A stretch of 64,000 bases of DNA from Candidatus Staskawiczbacteria bacterium (GCA_026395175.1 JAPLZF010000010.1:4450-68449), one strand, 5' to 3'; positions 1-9,905 are shown, counted from the first letter of the stretch. Numbers and translations: made by a program. Notes: generated by a model not told the origin, from the sequence alone.

Positions 1-417
1 AATCCTATGCGCATCTTTTAACAAGCGCATCGACAATGGAATGTTTTTTAGTTCTTTAATAGAGTGATTCATGGCTTCTATATAGTTATGAACTTCTTTC
101 CAATCATCACGCCTTTCTGGGTCAACATCTTCTTTTACTTTCAAAACATCATCTATCGCGGTTTTTGTGCCTTCAATGCGACTTGATGTGGTCGCCTCTT
201 TAGCTATGTGCATTTTTATAAAATAATCTACATCGGGCACAAGCGTTGAATAAGCATTAAGTTCGCCCAAAAGGCGCATTGCTTCATCAGAAAGCATGTT
301 AATTTTTTTATCTCGCCACTCAAAAGGCTTGTTAACCAAAGATGGACTAAAACTTTTATATTCCAGTTGCTGTTTATATGTGCCTGCTTTGAATTCTTGG
401 TTTATATGTGAAAACAT
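1..417 (-). CDS. Fic-family protein, N-terminal part (runs off window start)
   Basis: Manual translation from ATG at 417: [25 protein letters not shown]...LLGELN...[12 protein letters not shown]...EVHNY...[12 protein letters not shown]. The EAxxSSxIEGT motif is typical of Fic_N-containing proteins. Absent from the ORF track because truncated. Confidence 0.85.
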   Translation of the reverse strand, partial: MFSHINQEFKAGTYKQQLEYKSFSPSLVNKPFEWRDKKINMLSDEAMRLLGELNAYSTLVPDVDYFIKMHIAKEATTSSRIEGTKTAIDDVLKVKEDVDPERRDDWKEVHNYIEAMNHSIKELKNIPLSMRLLKDAHRI

Positions 418-532
418 AAATATTTATACTTTCAGTTTAGCATGTTAAGTGAAAATATGCACTATCACACTTTCGTTTATAATTCTAAGTTACTTTATTT
501 ATTATTTCACCATAAAATTTTATGTCAAACCC

Positions 533-541
533 TGTGGATAA
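533..541 (-). promoter_or_regulatory. DnaA-box consensus (TTATCCACA) upstream of TTGACA (528-523)
   Basis: Perfect TGTGGATAA on + strand in the intergenic region upstream of the Fic gene. Confidence 0.5.
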
Positions 542-551
542 CTATTAAACA

Positions 552-1829
552 TTACTCCGGCAGATAAATAACCAGTATTGTATTAACTGCGGAACTGCCA
601 AAAGTCGCTCCTGGTGTCTGACTTCCTGTTGCTACATCCAATGTATGCCCAGAGGCGTCGTAGTGATTATTATTATTATCGTTATCGTGTGATGTCACAT
701 TTAACCAGCCTGACCAAACATTGGTAGATTCATTGAGCCAATAAATAAACATTGAAGATTGGACTGTGGTGGTAAGAGGAACTGTCAAACTTGTTCCAGT
801 CCCATAATTAGAACCTGTCTTGTGATAAGTCCCACTGCTTAATCCCCTGACAATCCAGCCAGTCGCACCCAAATCACGATTAACGTCATTAGGCACATAA
901 ACAGTCGGTATGCCTGCTGTTGTTACAGGAGCAGTCAGACAGGTAATATAGGATGAATTACCCGCAACATAATTTTGTTCGGTATAAGTATTTGTCAAAC
1001 TATCAGTAGCCGTATAATGAAAGTCAGCACTTGCTCCAGTAAATATTACAATCACATCGCCAACCTCAGCCCGTTGGGTAAAAATTAAAGTGAGGGGTTT
1101 GCCGCTGTCAGGATACCGACGTTTAAATCCAATAATGCTGGCGCCGGCGACCGCTGGTGCGGCTATTTTTATTCCGGTTGACATTTTAACTCCTGCGCTT
1201 AAAGCTATGCCAGGCCCGGCTGGGTCAACAATTTCGTCAATGTCAACACCCGCACTCTGGATTCCCGCTTGCGCGGGAATGACACGAAGGTCAAAAGTGT
1301 CTGTTGGTGTTTTTAAATTGGTCAATAAAAATTGTTGCGCCCTTGCCTGCCTAATTTCCAAAAACTCGCCAATTGGTTTTTCATTATTTTCTGCATACAC
1401 TTCAATTTTGCTTCCTGCCTGTCCTTCCTGCCAATTTGTTGTTTTGGCAAACATTGTAATGTCGTTTTTGCTGGTTAATTGTTTTTCAAAAACAATTCTT
1501 ATATAGTAATTATTTTTTATTTCTGCCCAATTGTTGTCTTTACTTTCAACTTTTTTGGTAATGTCTTCAACCTGATTTTTATTTTCATCAAGAACCAAAA
1601 CTTTTGAAATGCAAATTACAGAACTTCCTCCCGGACACTCTTTATTTGCAGAAATATCGCCTGCCAAAACAGCAGGACTCGCGGCAGAATTTTTATAAGA
1701 AAGTCCTGCACTAAAATTTTTGGTTGCAATCCCAAACTGCCCGGTTTGGTAAACCGCAAAAACAGCAACTGCGCAAAGCAAAATCGCCACAGGAACTACT
1801 ATTATAAGTGTTTTTATTTTTTTTGGCAT
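552..1829 (-). CDS. Membrane-anchored/secreted hypothetical protein with beta-rich C-terminal domain
   Basis: ORF 552..1856; ATG at 1829 (MPKKIK) more likely. N-terminal TM helix. Contains an in-frame palindrome (VIPAQAGIQ). Confidence 0.7.
   Translation of the reverse strand: MPKKIKTLIIVVPVAILLCAVAVFAVYQTGQFGIATKNFSAGLSYKNSAASPAVLAGDISANKECPGGSSVICISKVLVLDENKNQVEDITKKVESKDNNWAEIKNNYYIRIVFEKQLTSKNDITMFAKTTNWQEGQAGSKIEVYAENNEKPIGEFLEIRQARAQQFLLTNLKTPTDTFDLRVIPAQAGIQSAGVDIDEIVDPAGPGIALSAGVKMSTGIKIAAPAVAGASIIGFKRRYPDSGKPLTLIFTQRAEVGDVIVIFTGASADFHYTATDSLTNTYTEQNYVAGNSSYITCLTAPVTTAGIPTVYVPNDVNRDLGATGWIVRGLSSGTYHKTGSNYGTGTSLTVPLTTTVQSSMFIYWLNESTNVWSGWLNVTSHDNDNNNNHYDASGHTLDVATGSQTPGATFGSSAVNTILVIYLPE
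1257..1283. repeat. REP/dRS3-like palindrome inside CDS
   Basis: CTGGATTCCCGCTTGCGCGGGAATGAC (ATTCCC-N8-GGGAAT). Confidence 0.75.
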
Positions 1830-1899
1830 TTGTTTAATCCTCCGGTTTTTAGCCACTGAAAATAGCTAAAAAATGCAAAAATAGCTAAAAAGCGGAGGA

Positions 1900-2295
1900 C
1901 TAATACGAAATCTTTTTAACTAATGCTTCCAACAAATTTTCAACTCCAATTTGGACTCCCTGCTGGTCTGTGGCATTTGTAAATGCCTCCCATTTTGCCA
2001 ACAAATCCGGGTCGTTTAAATTCCTGATGGCGTTTTCCAATTTCAGCCGGTCGTCAAAAGAAACTTCTGTCTGCGATTTTAGAACTTTTCCTATGAAAAG
2101 GTCTAAAAAGTTTATTACGCCCGCGTTAAGTTTTTGTTTGCTCAATTCTGCCTGTATTTTTTGCGTTTCCTGATATTGCAAAAAATATCCAACTCCCAAA
2201 AGCGCGCTTAAAGCCACAAGAATTAAAATAACAACTGATATTATAATTGTTTTTTTGTCGGGATATCTTTTTGGCCTCGGTAAATTTTCTAACAT
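1900..2295 (-). CDS. Single-TM hypothetical protein
   Basis: 131 aa ORF, N-terminal hydrophobic helix, co-oriented with neighbours. Confidence 0.75.
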   Translation of the reverse strand: MLENLPRPKRYPDKKTIIISVVILILVALSALLGVGYFLQYQETQKIQAELSKQKLNAGVINFLDLFIGKVLKSQTEVSFDDRLKLENAIRNLNDPDLLAKWEAFTNATDQQGVQIGVENLLEALVKKISY

Positions 2296-2313
2296 TTTTT
2301 TATTCGATTAATT

Positions 2314-4716
2314 TTACGATTTTTTGCTTAAAATCATTCTTATTTTGTCTCTAGTTTTGTCTTGGTAAAAGTTATATAACAGCATCAAAACCACTACAAC
2401 CAACAGCGCTGTTTTCCAATCTATGATATTCAGCCACCAGTATTGGGTTTTTAATTCAATATTGATGTGAATTCCGCTTCCTTCTGTTACATTGAAAGGC
2501 TTGCCGTCATAACTCAAATAGCCAGGCGTGTCGACCCTTAAATAATAATAGCCGTCTGGCACTAAAAATGAATATGTTCCGCTGACGTCAGTTGTCTGCG
2601 GATTTTCCTGCTGGTAATCTTTGGCTGACCAAAGCTCGTATTGTTTTGTTTTTGGATTTAACCAATAAAGAGAAACAACCGCTCCCAAAATGCGCGTTTC
2701 TTTATTGCCGGTTTTTTCATAAATATATCCTTCCGGGTCGACAACAGTAACCAGTTTTATTTCTTTAGACGGAATTGCCGGATCCTGGTAATCTATATCG
2801 GTTATAATTTGGTATTGTCCGCTTACTGCCGGCGCGTTTATTTGGGCTGTGTAAACTCCGTTGCCAGCGGGCTGGTAAGCAAAATATGCCAAAACTAATC
2901 TTTGTTCTGCCGGAGCCACCGGCACTTGGTTGACGGTAAAATCAGGATTAGCAAAACTCAAGGAAGCAGTTAGGTAATTCAATAAAATATTATTGTTGTT
3001 TTCAGAAACTTGGTTGGTTTTTCTTGATTCAAAAATTATATATCCTGTAATTTGCTTTACCGGCTTGTCTTCCCTGACAACCAATTGCAAAGGGCTGTTG
3101 GCAACTGTTTTTATTGTCTGCTGGGTTTGGCCGGTGCTTTTGTTGACAGACAAAGCAATGTTAAAATCAATCAGCCCGGCTCCTGCCTTGGTGAAAACAA
3201 TATCTGTTGGAATTTTGCTTTTTGCAATGTCTGTCAGTTTGGCGATAGGAATTCCTTTTGGCAGAGCAAATCCTGTTGTTGCCACGCCAGACGAAGGAAT
3301 GTTGGTTATTTGCGCCAAAGTTGGCAATTTCAAATTGGCTGCTGCAATTTTCTGGACATCTGTAATTTTTTGGACTCCAACCTGCTTAAATGTCGTATTT
3401 AACTGGGGAATTTTTTGGGCAAGCAAAGTTATGTCTGAAGGCAGGGGAGCCAAAACAAATCTGTTTAAAGAAAAAAATGACAAAGGATACCAGCTCTTGC
3501 TGAAAGCTATTGGAGCTATTTTAGGAACAGTGACAACTTGCACAGGCTGCAATTCTTTTTTATTGAAAATTTTGGCAATGAAAGGAGCTATGCCGTTTTC
3601 CAAATTTTTTAAAGTAGACACCCATGCCTGGCCAAGCAACGGACCCAAAGACACCGGACCTGGCGGTTTTGCCTGCCCTGCCTGCGCAACTGAAAAATCA
3701 GCAGAAATTGTTTTGCCTGTGTTTTGGGCAAGGTCTGTTGCAGAAAATTCTATATGATGGTTTCCAACCGGCATTTTGCCAAAACTAACCAGCCAATCGC
3801 CATTATTGTCTGCCTTAAAAATTCCATAACGGCTGTTGTCTATTAACGCTGTAATTTCCGCGTTGGCTTCTGTTTTTCCGCTTATTATTATTTCTTCGTC
3901 AGAGCTGTATTGGCTTTTTATATTGGAAATTACTATTGAAGGAGGATTTGTGTCTAAAATAATATTTGCAAATATTGCCTGCGAAGGAACTTGGTGCTTT
4001 GAATAAAACTTGGCGTAAATTGTTTTTGCGCCGTCTCCGCCCGCCAAAGTCCATATTTTTTTTGCCGGAATATCTTCTTTTACAGCATTTAAAAAATCAG
4101 AAGAATTTGATATTTCAATTTGAACCGAATCAGGCCCGCCGTCAAAAACAAGAGAAACTATTTTATTATTTGTATATTGAGATCCGTTATTTATTAAAAT
4201 TTTAAGAGGAAGCGACGGCGGGCCATAAACAATTCCGCCTCCGGGCGTTGGCGTGGGAGTTGGAGTTGGCGCCGGAGTTCTGGCGCTTGCCGGCCTCCAA
4301 TCAGTTTGGACATTGCAACTTGAGCAGGAAAAATTAATATTTACAGAATTGTCGCCGGTTGCCGTTCCTGAAAATGTTCCTGACGAGCTTATAACAACTC
4401 CGCTAAAATTTATTTTGCCTGAGCCTTCATCCCATGCATAACCGGACAAATTTCCCTCGCCGTCATTTTTTACGCCCCAGCCTGCTGTGCCCGGGCTTAA
4501 ATTTATTCTGCCTGTATTTTGGCTCCACGCATAGCCGGTCAAACCGGAATCTGTAACATGAACATCGCCGTTTGTCCAGCCAAAATTTATCCAACCACTC
4601 TGATTATTCCAAGCATAGCCTGAAACCGTGCCGTCGGTGGTTGAAGCAAGAACTAAACCAGCCAGACTAATTAATCCGGCAAAAATAAATAAAAACAAAT
4701 AAGCGAATTTAGCCAT
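2314..4716 (-). CDS. Large surface protein: signal peptide, GYAW-repeat N-domain, Pro/Thr linker, Ig-like and carboxypeptidase-regulatory-like domains, C-terminal TM
   Basis: Repeated SGYAW..GW/RINF motifs, TPAPTPTPTP linker, ISGKTEANA Ig-like segment, ENPQTTDVSGTYSFLVPDGYYYLRV, C-terminal hydrophobic anchor with basic tail. Confidence 0.8.
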   Translation of the reverse strand: MAKFAYLFLFIFAGLISLAGLVLASTTDGTVSGYAWNNQSGWINFGWTNGDVHVTDSGLTGYAWSQNTGRINLSPGTAGWGVKNDGEGNLSGYAWDEGSGKINFSGVVISSSGTFSGTATGDNSVNINFSCSSCNVQTDWRPASARTPAPTPTPTPTPGGGIVYGPPSLPLKILINNGSQYTNNKIVSLVFDGGPDSVQIEISNSSDFLNAVKEDIPAKKIWTLAGGDGAKTIYAKFYSKHQVPSQAIFANIILDTNPPSIVISNIKSQYSSDEEIIISGKTEANAEITALIDNSRYGIFKADNNGDWLVSFGKMPVGNHHIEFSATDLAQNTGKTISADFSVAQAGQAKPPGPVSLGPLLGQAWVSTLKNLENGIAPFIAKIFNKKELQPVQVVTVPKIAPIAFSKSWYPLSFFSLNRFVLAPLPSDITLLAQKIPQLNTTFKQVGVQKITDVQKIAAANLKLPTLAQITNIPSSGVATTGFALPKGIPIAKLTDIAKSKIPTDIVFTKAGAGLIDFNIALSVNKSTGQTQQTIKTVANSPLQLVVREDKPVKQITGYIIFESRKTNQVSENNNNILLNYLTASLSFANPDFTVNQVPVAPAEQRLVLAYFAYQPAGNGVYTAQINAPAVSGQYQIITDIDYQDPAIPSKEIKLVTVVDPEGYIYEKTGNKETRILGAVVSLYWLNPKTKQYELWSAKDYQQENPQTTDVSGTYSFLVPDGYYYLRVDTPGYLSYDGKPFNVTEGSGIHINIELKTQYWWLNIIDWKTALLVVVVLMLLYNFYQDKTRDKIRMILSKKS

Positions 4717-4769
4717 TATTTTATTTATTTATTTTACCACAAAAATAAATAATCAACTCTATCGTTTTC

Positions 4770-4778
4770 TGTGGATAA
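4770..4778 (-). promoter_or_regulatory. DnaA-box consensus upstream of TTGATT-N14-TAAAAT promoter-like element
   Basis: TGTGGATAA at 4770-4778; minus-strand TTGATT (4756-4751) and TGTGG-TAAAAT (ending 4731). Confidence 0.45.
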
Positions 4779-4785
4779 CTTTTAT

Positions 4786-5184
4786 TTATGCCTTTCGCTC
4801 AAGCCTTTCTTTTATTTTTCCCACCACATCTTTTAAATTCCAATCAGATTTCACCAAATAATATGCCGGCTCGTTGTCAACAACAGCTTTCATTGTTTTT
4901 TCTTCGTCTGGCGACAAATTAGTCAAAAGTATGATAGGCACATCTTTTCCGTAAGGGTTTGTTTCCCTAAGCTTATACATCATAGTTATTCCGTCCATTA
5001 CGGGCATTAAAATATCAAGCAGAATGATGTCGGGTTTTTCGCTTAAAGCAAGACCCAATCCCTCTTGGCCGTTTTTTGCTTGAAGCACAAAAAACCCCTC
5101 GTCGCGCAATTCTTCTGAGTATGGCTTTAAAATCAGCTCTTCGTCTTCCACAATTAAAATTTTTGTTTTATTATCTTCATCCAT
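4786..5184 (-). CDS. Single-domain response regulator receiver
   Basis: ILIVEDE, PDIILLDILMPVMDG, PIILLTN, YLVK motifs. Confidence 0.95.
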   Translation of the reverse strand: MDEDNKTKILIVEDEELILKPYSEELRDEGFFVLQAKNGQEGLGLALSEKPDIILLDILMPVMDGITMMYKLRETNPYGKDVPIILLTNLSPDEEKTMKAVVDNEPAYYLVKSDWNLKDVVGKIKERLERKA

Positions 5185-5201
5185 AATTATTGATGTTAAT
5201 T

Positions 5202-7514
5202 TTAATTTTTTTTCGACCTCATTCCTGTTGTAGGAATGGCTACATAAAAAATGGCGCCTTCATTTTCTTTTGAAGAAAACCATATTGTTCCGCCGGAATT
5301 ATCAAGTATTGATTTTACAAGATATAATCCCAATCCTGTTCCGCTTGCTTGTTTCTGCCTGACATTATCTGCTCTGAAAAACTTGGTGAATATCTTATCC
5401 TGCTGTGCCTCGGGAATTCCGCAGCCGGTGTCTGAAACAATAACCGCAAAACTATCTTCATCAAAAAACTTTTCTCCCAATGTTTCTCCTTTATTTATCT
5501 GTCTGCATTCAACTTTTATCTTGCCCTTTTCCGGAGTGTAATTTATGGCGTTGACAACAATATTATTTATCACCATTCTAAATAATGGTTCATCGATTAG
5601 CGCCATATTGCTGTTTTTTTGGCATTTTTCCTCAAGCTTGAGCTTGCTTTTTTCAAAAAGAGGCTTCAAATCGCGCAAAATGTTTTTAACAACCGCGCCA
5701 ATATTTTTTTCCTGCAATTCAATATTGAAAGTTCCCATTTCAATGTGCGACACGTCCAATAATGTGTTTACAATATCAATCATCCGCTGGTTGGAAAAGC
5801 TTATATCATTTAAATATTCTTTTTGTTTTTTATTAATCTTGCCGAGTTTCCCGCCTAAAATTCTTTCTGCGAGCAATTTAATGGCAGTCGGCGGAGTTTT
5901 GAGCTGATGGGAAGCCAAAGAAATAAATTCAGTTTTGGCTTTGTCAACCGCTTTTTCTTTGGTGATATCGTGAAAAACTTCTATGGCGCCGATTATTTTA
6001 TTATCAAGAATAACTGGCGACACAATAATGGCAACTGGAAATTTAATTTTATTCTTGCTAAAAATATATAATCCGGCAGTAGTAGTAGTAGTAGTAAAAC
6101 CGCGGGCAAAAGATTTGGCAATCGGCCTCTCCTCAAGCGGAACAAAATTTCCTTTTTCGTCTTCCAAGGAAATAACATCAATATAAAATTTCCCAATTGC
6201 TTCATTAATTTTCCAACCCAACAATTTTTCCGCCACCTTATTCATAAATATAATTTCCCCATCTTTATCAACTGCAATCACGCCCTCTCCAATGCTCTGC
6301 AATAAAGCTTCGTCTTTTGCTTTTGCTTCGGCAAGATTTTGTTTCTCAACTCGAATGTCTTCAAGAATATTTTGAGTGGCTTTCTGCGCATTTTCCAAAT
6401 CTTGCGTGCGTACGCTAATCTTTTCTTCCAAACTGCTGTATGATTCTTTCAATCTGCTCGTCATTTCATTAAAAGATTTTGCCACCTGGCCAATTTCATC
6501 CTTGCTTTTTACATCTATTTTATAATCCAAATTTCCTTTACCAATTATTTCCGCACCTTTTGTCAGCTGATTTAACGGCCTGGAAATAAAATAGGCCAGA
6601 ATAAAGCTAATAATAAACGAAATGAAAAGACCGATTAACCCAAAAATTATTGAATTTTTAATTAAAGCTGTTCTATACTCCCCAATAACTTCTGAAATGT
6701 CCATTTTGGCAACTAAGCCCATATCGGCAATATCAATGTATTGCGAAGCCGCAACAACAGGCACGCCTCTATAATCTAATGTATTTTGAAAAATTGATTC
6801 ATTCCCAAATAACGCCTGCTTCATGGGCTCTCCAGTAGTAGTAGTAGTAGTAGTAAAGAGTCTTGTAAAAGGATAAGTTATTTGCCCAGTTTCTTTATTT
6901 CGATAAGCAATAAGAACCTCTCCTGTTTCTTTCAAACCCACTCTGTTTTTAACAATCTTGCCCAATTCATCAAAACCCTCAAAAGTAACAATAACGCCCA
7001 TTAATTTTTCATCGGGGATTATGGGCCCGGAGGTAACAATATCTGTGTGAGATTCACTCACATGATCAAAAAAATACACTCCTTCCGTTACCTTTCCCTT
7101 TACAAAAAATTCTTCTTGGCTAAAATCCTGCTCGTCAAGAGACGAATCAGCGCAAGTCACCGCCTTGCCATTTATATCAATAAAACAAATATTCCGATAG
7201 TCAGCAACGGCATTTTTAGAACCAATAAGCTTAACCCTAATTATTTCTTTTAATTCTGAACTTGGAGCTTTAAGATAATTTTCAACATCTATTTTAAGCT
7301 GTGTCCGGCTGGAAATGAGTTTTAACTTATCAATTTCATCACTAAAATAAGTTTTAATATTTTCTGCCCTTGATTGTGCAATAGCAAACAAGCTCTGGCT
7401 TTTATTATTTATTGCAATTGTCGAATCAGAAAAATAATACAGCAGTCCGCCGATAATACTGTTGCCTAAGCTGACAATTAAAAACAAAAAAATTAATAAA
7501 CTGCGAAGCTTCAT
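5202..7514 (-). CDS. Sensor histidine kinase (TM-Cache-TM-HAMP-PAS-HisKA-HATPase)
   Basis: HAMP SRPLNQL...DEIGQVA, PAS IGEGVIAVD, H-box ASHQLKTP, N-box NAINY, DTGCGI, GTGLGL. Confidence 0.95.
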   Translation of the reverse strand: MKLRSLLIFLFLIVSLGNSIIGGLLYYFSDSTIAINNKSQSLFAIAQSRAENIKTYFSDEIDKLKLISSRTQLKIDVENYLKAPSSELKEIIRVKLIGSKNAVADYRNICFIDINGKAVTCADSSLDEQDFSQEEFFVKGKVTEGVYFFDHVSESHTDIVTSGPIIPDEKLMGVIVTFEGFDELGKIVKNRVGLKETGEVLIAYRNKETGQITYPFTRLFTTTTTTTGEPMKQALFGNESIFQNTLDYRGVPVVAASQYIDIADMGLVAKMDISEVIGEYRTALIKNSIIFGLIGLFISFIISFILAYFISRPLNQLTKGAEIIGKGNLDYKIDVKSKDEIGQVAKSFNEMTSRLKESYSSLEEKISVRTQDLENAQKATQNILEDIRVEKQNLAEAKAKDEALLQSIGEGVIAVDKDGEIIFMNKVAEKLLGWKINEAIGKFYIDVISLEDEKGNFVPLEERPIAKSFARGFTTTTTTAGLYIFSKNKIKFPVAIIVSPVILDNKIIGAIEVFHDITKEKAVDKAKTEFISLASHQLKTPPTAIKLLAERILGGKLGKINKKQKEYLNDISFSNQRMIDIVNTLLDVSHIEMGTFNIELQEKNIGAVVKNILRDLKPLFEKSKLKLEEKCQKNSNMALIDEPLFRMVINNIVVNAINYTPEKGKIKVECRQINKGETLGEKFFDEDSFAVIVSDTGCGIPEAQQDKIFTKFFRADNVRQKQASGTGLGLYLVKSILDNSGGTIWFSSKENEGAIFYVAIPTTGMRSKKN
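6078..6095 (-). repeat. (ACT)6 in-frame trinucleotide tract (poly-Thr)
   Basis: agt x6 on + strand. Confidence 0.9.
6834..6854 (-). repeat. (ACT)7 in-frame trinucleotide tract (poly-Thr)
   Basis: agt x7 on + strand. Confidence 0.9.
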
Positions 7515-8371
7515 TTATATTTTTTCCGTATTAAATAAGCGCTCACCGATATTGTTGCGATGAATGTCAAAACAATAAGCAAAATTATTAACAGATAATT
7601 TAATTTTGCCCCGGATTCGGCGAACCATTTTTGGTAAAGTTTATCAAATGTGCCGTTTATTTTTACAATTGCCAATCCCTTATCAAGTTCGGCTAATAAG
7701 CCCGTGTCTCCCTTTTTTACCGCAAAAGTAAATTCCTGCTTAAATTTATCAAGCCGGTAATCAACAGCAACCACATTTTTAATTCCAAGTGTTTTTATTA
7801 GGTTGGTCCCCATTCGTTGTTGCGCAACAACTGCGTCATATTTGCCTTCGGACAACTGAGTAAAAGCTTCCTTATATGTCTCGGCTGTGACAATCCGGCT
7901 GGAGATATTTTCACGCCTTACATAATCCTCGGCATTGTCGCCTTTCAAAACTGCAATTTCCTTGCCTGCCAAGTCTTTGTCGGTTTTGATGCTGGTATCT
8001 CCGGTTCTGACAAAAATTGCTCCATAAAATGTGAGGTATGATTCCGTAAGATCATATACTAATTCTCTTTCCGGAGTTTTTCCAACCAACGGCAAAACCT
8101 GTATCTTCCCGTCCGCTAAGTCCTGTTTTATTTGATTCCAAGGAGCTGTGTAAAAACTGACATCAAGATTAACGGCTTTTAAAGTCGCTTTAAGCAGTTC
8201 AACAGAAAAACCGTCCGCTTGGCCATTTTTATCAACAATGCAAAACGGCGGATAATCAGGTTCGGACGCTGATTTAATAATTGTATTTTCCTGCGCCTCG
8301 GCTGATTGAAAAAACCCAACTCCGGCGGTAACAAAAATCGCTACGATAAAAACAATAAGTTTTTTGTTCAT
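7511..8371 (-). CDS. Family-3 (PBPb) solute-binding protein with C-terminal TM
   Basis: DYPPF, GFSVEL, TPERE, DLAGKEIAV, AVKKGD, KLYQKWF motifs; signal peptide and C-terminal hydrophobic helix. Confidence 0.9.
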   Translation of the reverse strand: MNKKLIVFIVAIFVTAGVGFFQSAEAQENTIIKSASEPDYPPFCIVDKNGQADGFSVELLKATLKAVNLDVSFYTAPWNQIKQDLADGKIQVLPLVGKTPERELVYDLTESYLTFYGAIFVRTGDTSIKTDKDLAGKEIAVLKGDNAEDYVRRENISSRIVTAETYKEAFTQLSEGKYDAVVAQQRMGTNLIKTLGIKNVVAVDYRLDKFKQEFTFAVKKGDTGLLAELDKGLAIVKINGTFDKLYQKWFAESGAKLNYLLIILLIVLTFIATISVSAYLIRKKYK

Positions 8372-8374
8372 AAA

Positions 8375-9010
8375 TTAAATTTTATGATTGCCATTGTGAT
8401 TTTTCCCGTTTCCATTATGGCCATTGCCGTTTTTATGGTTTTTCTTCAATTCTTCAATTTCTTTTTTCAGTTCCACCATTTTTAATTCTCTACCCACCAT
8501 GCTTTTGTTTGCTGACTCAAGTTCTTTAATTCTGTCGCCGAGTTCTTTTGTGCGTTCAGCCACTTTGTCCTCAAGCATTTTAGCGTGCTCAGCCAGTTTT
8601 TCCTCAAGCTCCTCCTTTTCAGTAATGTCTTCCATGCATATTATAATCAATTGCACAGAATCAATCTGCCTGGCATTAACCAGCATTGTTTTTTGCCCTA
8701 TTGTTTCAAAGTCGTGCTTAACCTCATAATCTTTCACAACTTTTTTCTTCGGCAAAATTTCTTCCATTAATTTTTTCAGTTCGGAAATGTTCCACTGGCC
8801 GTTTCCTAATTTATAAAGAAATTTGCCTTCTGTTTGCGCAGGCTCAACCTTAAATGTTTGGTAAAAAATAGAGTTCGCTGAAATCACTTCAAGGCCGGCG
8901 TCAAGAATTAAAAAAGATTCTCTGGCAACGTCAACCAATGTTTTCATATAATGCAAAGCAAGCTCTTTCGATTCTTTCAACTCGCTTTGATTAATTTTAT
9001 TATTTTCCAT
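8375..9010 (-). CDS. PAS-domain coiled-coil protein
   Basis: Likely start MENNK at 9010. PAS similar to the CheR-associated type (LYKLGNGQWNI), then VAERTKEL coiled coil and an Asn/Gly/His-rich tail. Confidence 0.85.
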   Translation of the reverse strand: MENNKINQSELKESKELALHYMKTLVDVARESFLILDAGLEVISANSIFYQTFKVEPAQTEGKFLYKLGNGQWNISELKKLMEEILPKKKVVKDYEVKHDFETIGQKTMLVNARQIDSVQLIIICMEDITEKEELEEKLAEHAKMLEDKVAERTKELGDRIKELESANKSMVGRELKMVELKKEIEELKKNHKNGNGHNGNGKNHNGNHKI

Positions 9011-9122
9011 GCTTTTGCAGAAGCTCTTTACGAAAAAAATTATTAACAATTTTTTTCTTTGCGTTTCTGTGTAAGTTAAATTTCGGAATTGTCCTCCGAG
9101 ATTTTATATTAATTACAATTTT

Positions 9123-9174
9123 ATTATACCATAAAAACCAATTGTCAACCCTATTTCTTGTTTTCTGTGGATAA
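9123..9174 (-). promoter_or_regulatory. Promoter-like TTGACA-N14-TATAAT with upstream DnaA box
   Basis: Minus strand TTGACA 9148-9143, TGG-TATAAT ending 9123; TGTGGATAA 9166-9174. Confidence 0.5.
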
Positions 9175-9193
9175 CTTTTTTGTACAAAAAAAG

Positions 9194-9278
9194 CGGAGGG
9201 GGTGAGATTCGAACTCACGATACCCTTTCGGGTAATGGTTTTCGAAACCATCCTGATAAACCGCTCCAGCACCCCTCC
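9194..9278 (-). tRNA. tRNA-Ser(CGA)
   Basis: Cloverleaf GGAGGGG...CCCCTCC-G, anticodon arm ATGGT-TTCGAAA-ACCAT, long variable arm, GTTCGAATC. Confidence 0.95.
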
Positions 9279-9347
9279 ATAAAATTATCTTACCACACTT
9301 TTACTAAAAATACGGCTTCTGCCGTATTTTTGTTTTTTAAAATTTTT

Positions 9348-9767
9348 CTATTTAACCTCATTTTTTACAAAAACTTTGTGCCAGTCGTTGAAGTCATAAA
9401 TATCGTGCGCAATAACTCCGCAGATAAACCCCACGAAAAATCTTGGAAGATAAAAATAATCAATAAACCAAACTATCAGCAAAAACATAGCTCCCAAAAT
9501 CCAATGATGCAAATGAAGCTTGTATTTTCCGCAATCAATAAAAATGCAATCTACTTTTCCGTTTTCAACAAAAAGCTTTGAAAATATTTTTGAACCAATA
9601 TATCCCAGCGCCAACCCCAATGCCAAAAGAAAGGAATAATAAAATGATGCCACCAGCACGAATGCCGGCAGATATTTCCTTACTTTTGAGTTTTTGTTGT
9701 CTGATTTTGCTAATTCGAGGTCTATTAATTTATCGTTTATGTTGCTTAATTCAGCATTGTTTTCCAT
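9348..9767 (-). CDS. Membrane hypothetical protein (HLHHW motif)
   Basis: 139 aa with several hydrophobic segments; HLHHW and AHDI motifs. Confidence 0.75.
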   Translation of the reverse strand: MENNAELSNINDKLIDLELAKSDNKNSKVRKYLPAFVLVASFYYSFLLALGLALGYIGSKIFSKLFVENGKVDCIFIDCGKYKLHLHHWILGAMFLLIVWFIDYFYLPRFFVGFICGVIAHDIYDFNDWHKVFVKNEVK

Positions 9768-9841
9768 ATTTAATTATTTTATCATCATCAAAAACCCCTG
9801 TCCATAGTCAAGCCCTATTTTTATCCCCAGCTTAAAAATAC

Positions 9842-9885
9842 AAAAAAAGAGGCGTGGAACAAGTTTTTACACTTGCCACGCCTTT
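9842..9885 (-). terminator. Intrinsic terminator of GC-rich cassette 1
   Basis: Minus strand AAAGGCGTGG-CAAG..CTTG-TT-CCACGCCT-CTTTTTTT. Confidence 0.75.
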
Positions 9886-9905
9886 GGCTAATCACCCGAA
9901 AGTGA

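Noticed and set aside
4245..4285. Pro/Thr repeat DNA (also 42210-42285)
   Set aside because: Ordinary low-complexity linker with mixed codons, explained by the protein.
533..9174. oriC suggested by DnaA boxes
   Set aside because: The boxes are single and kilobases apart, with no dnaA/dnaN nearby.
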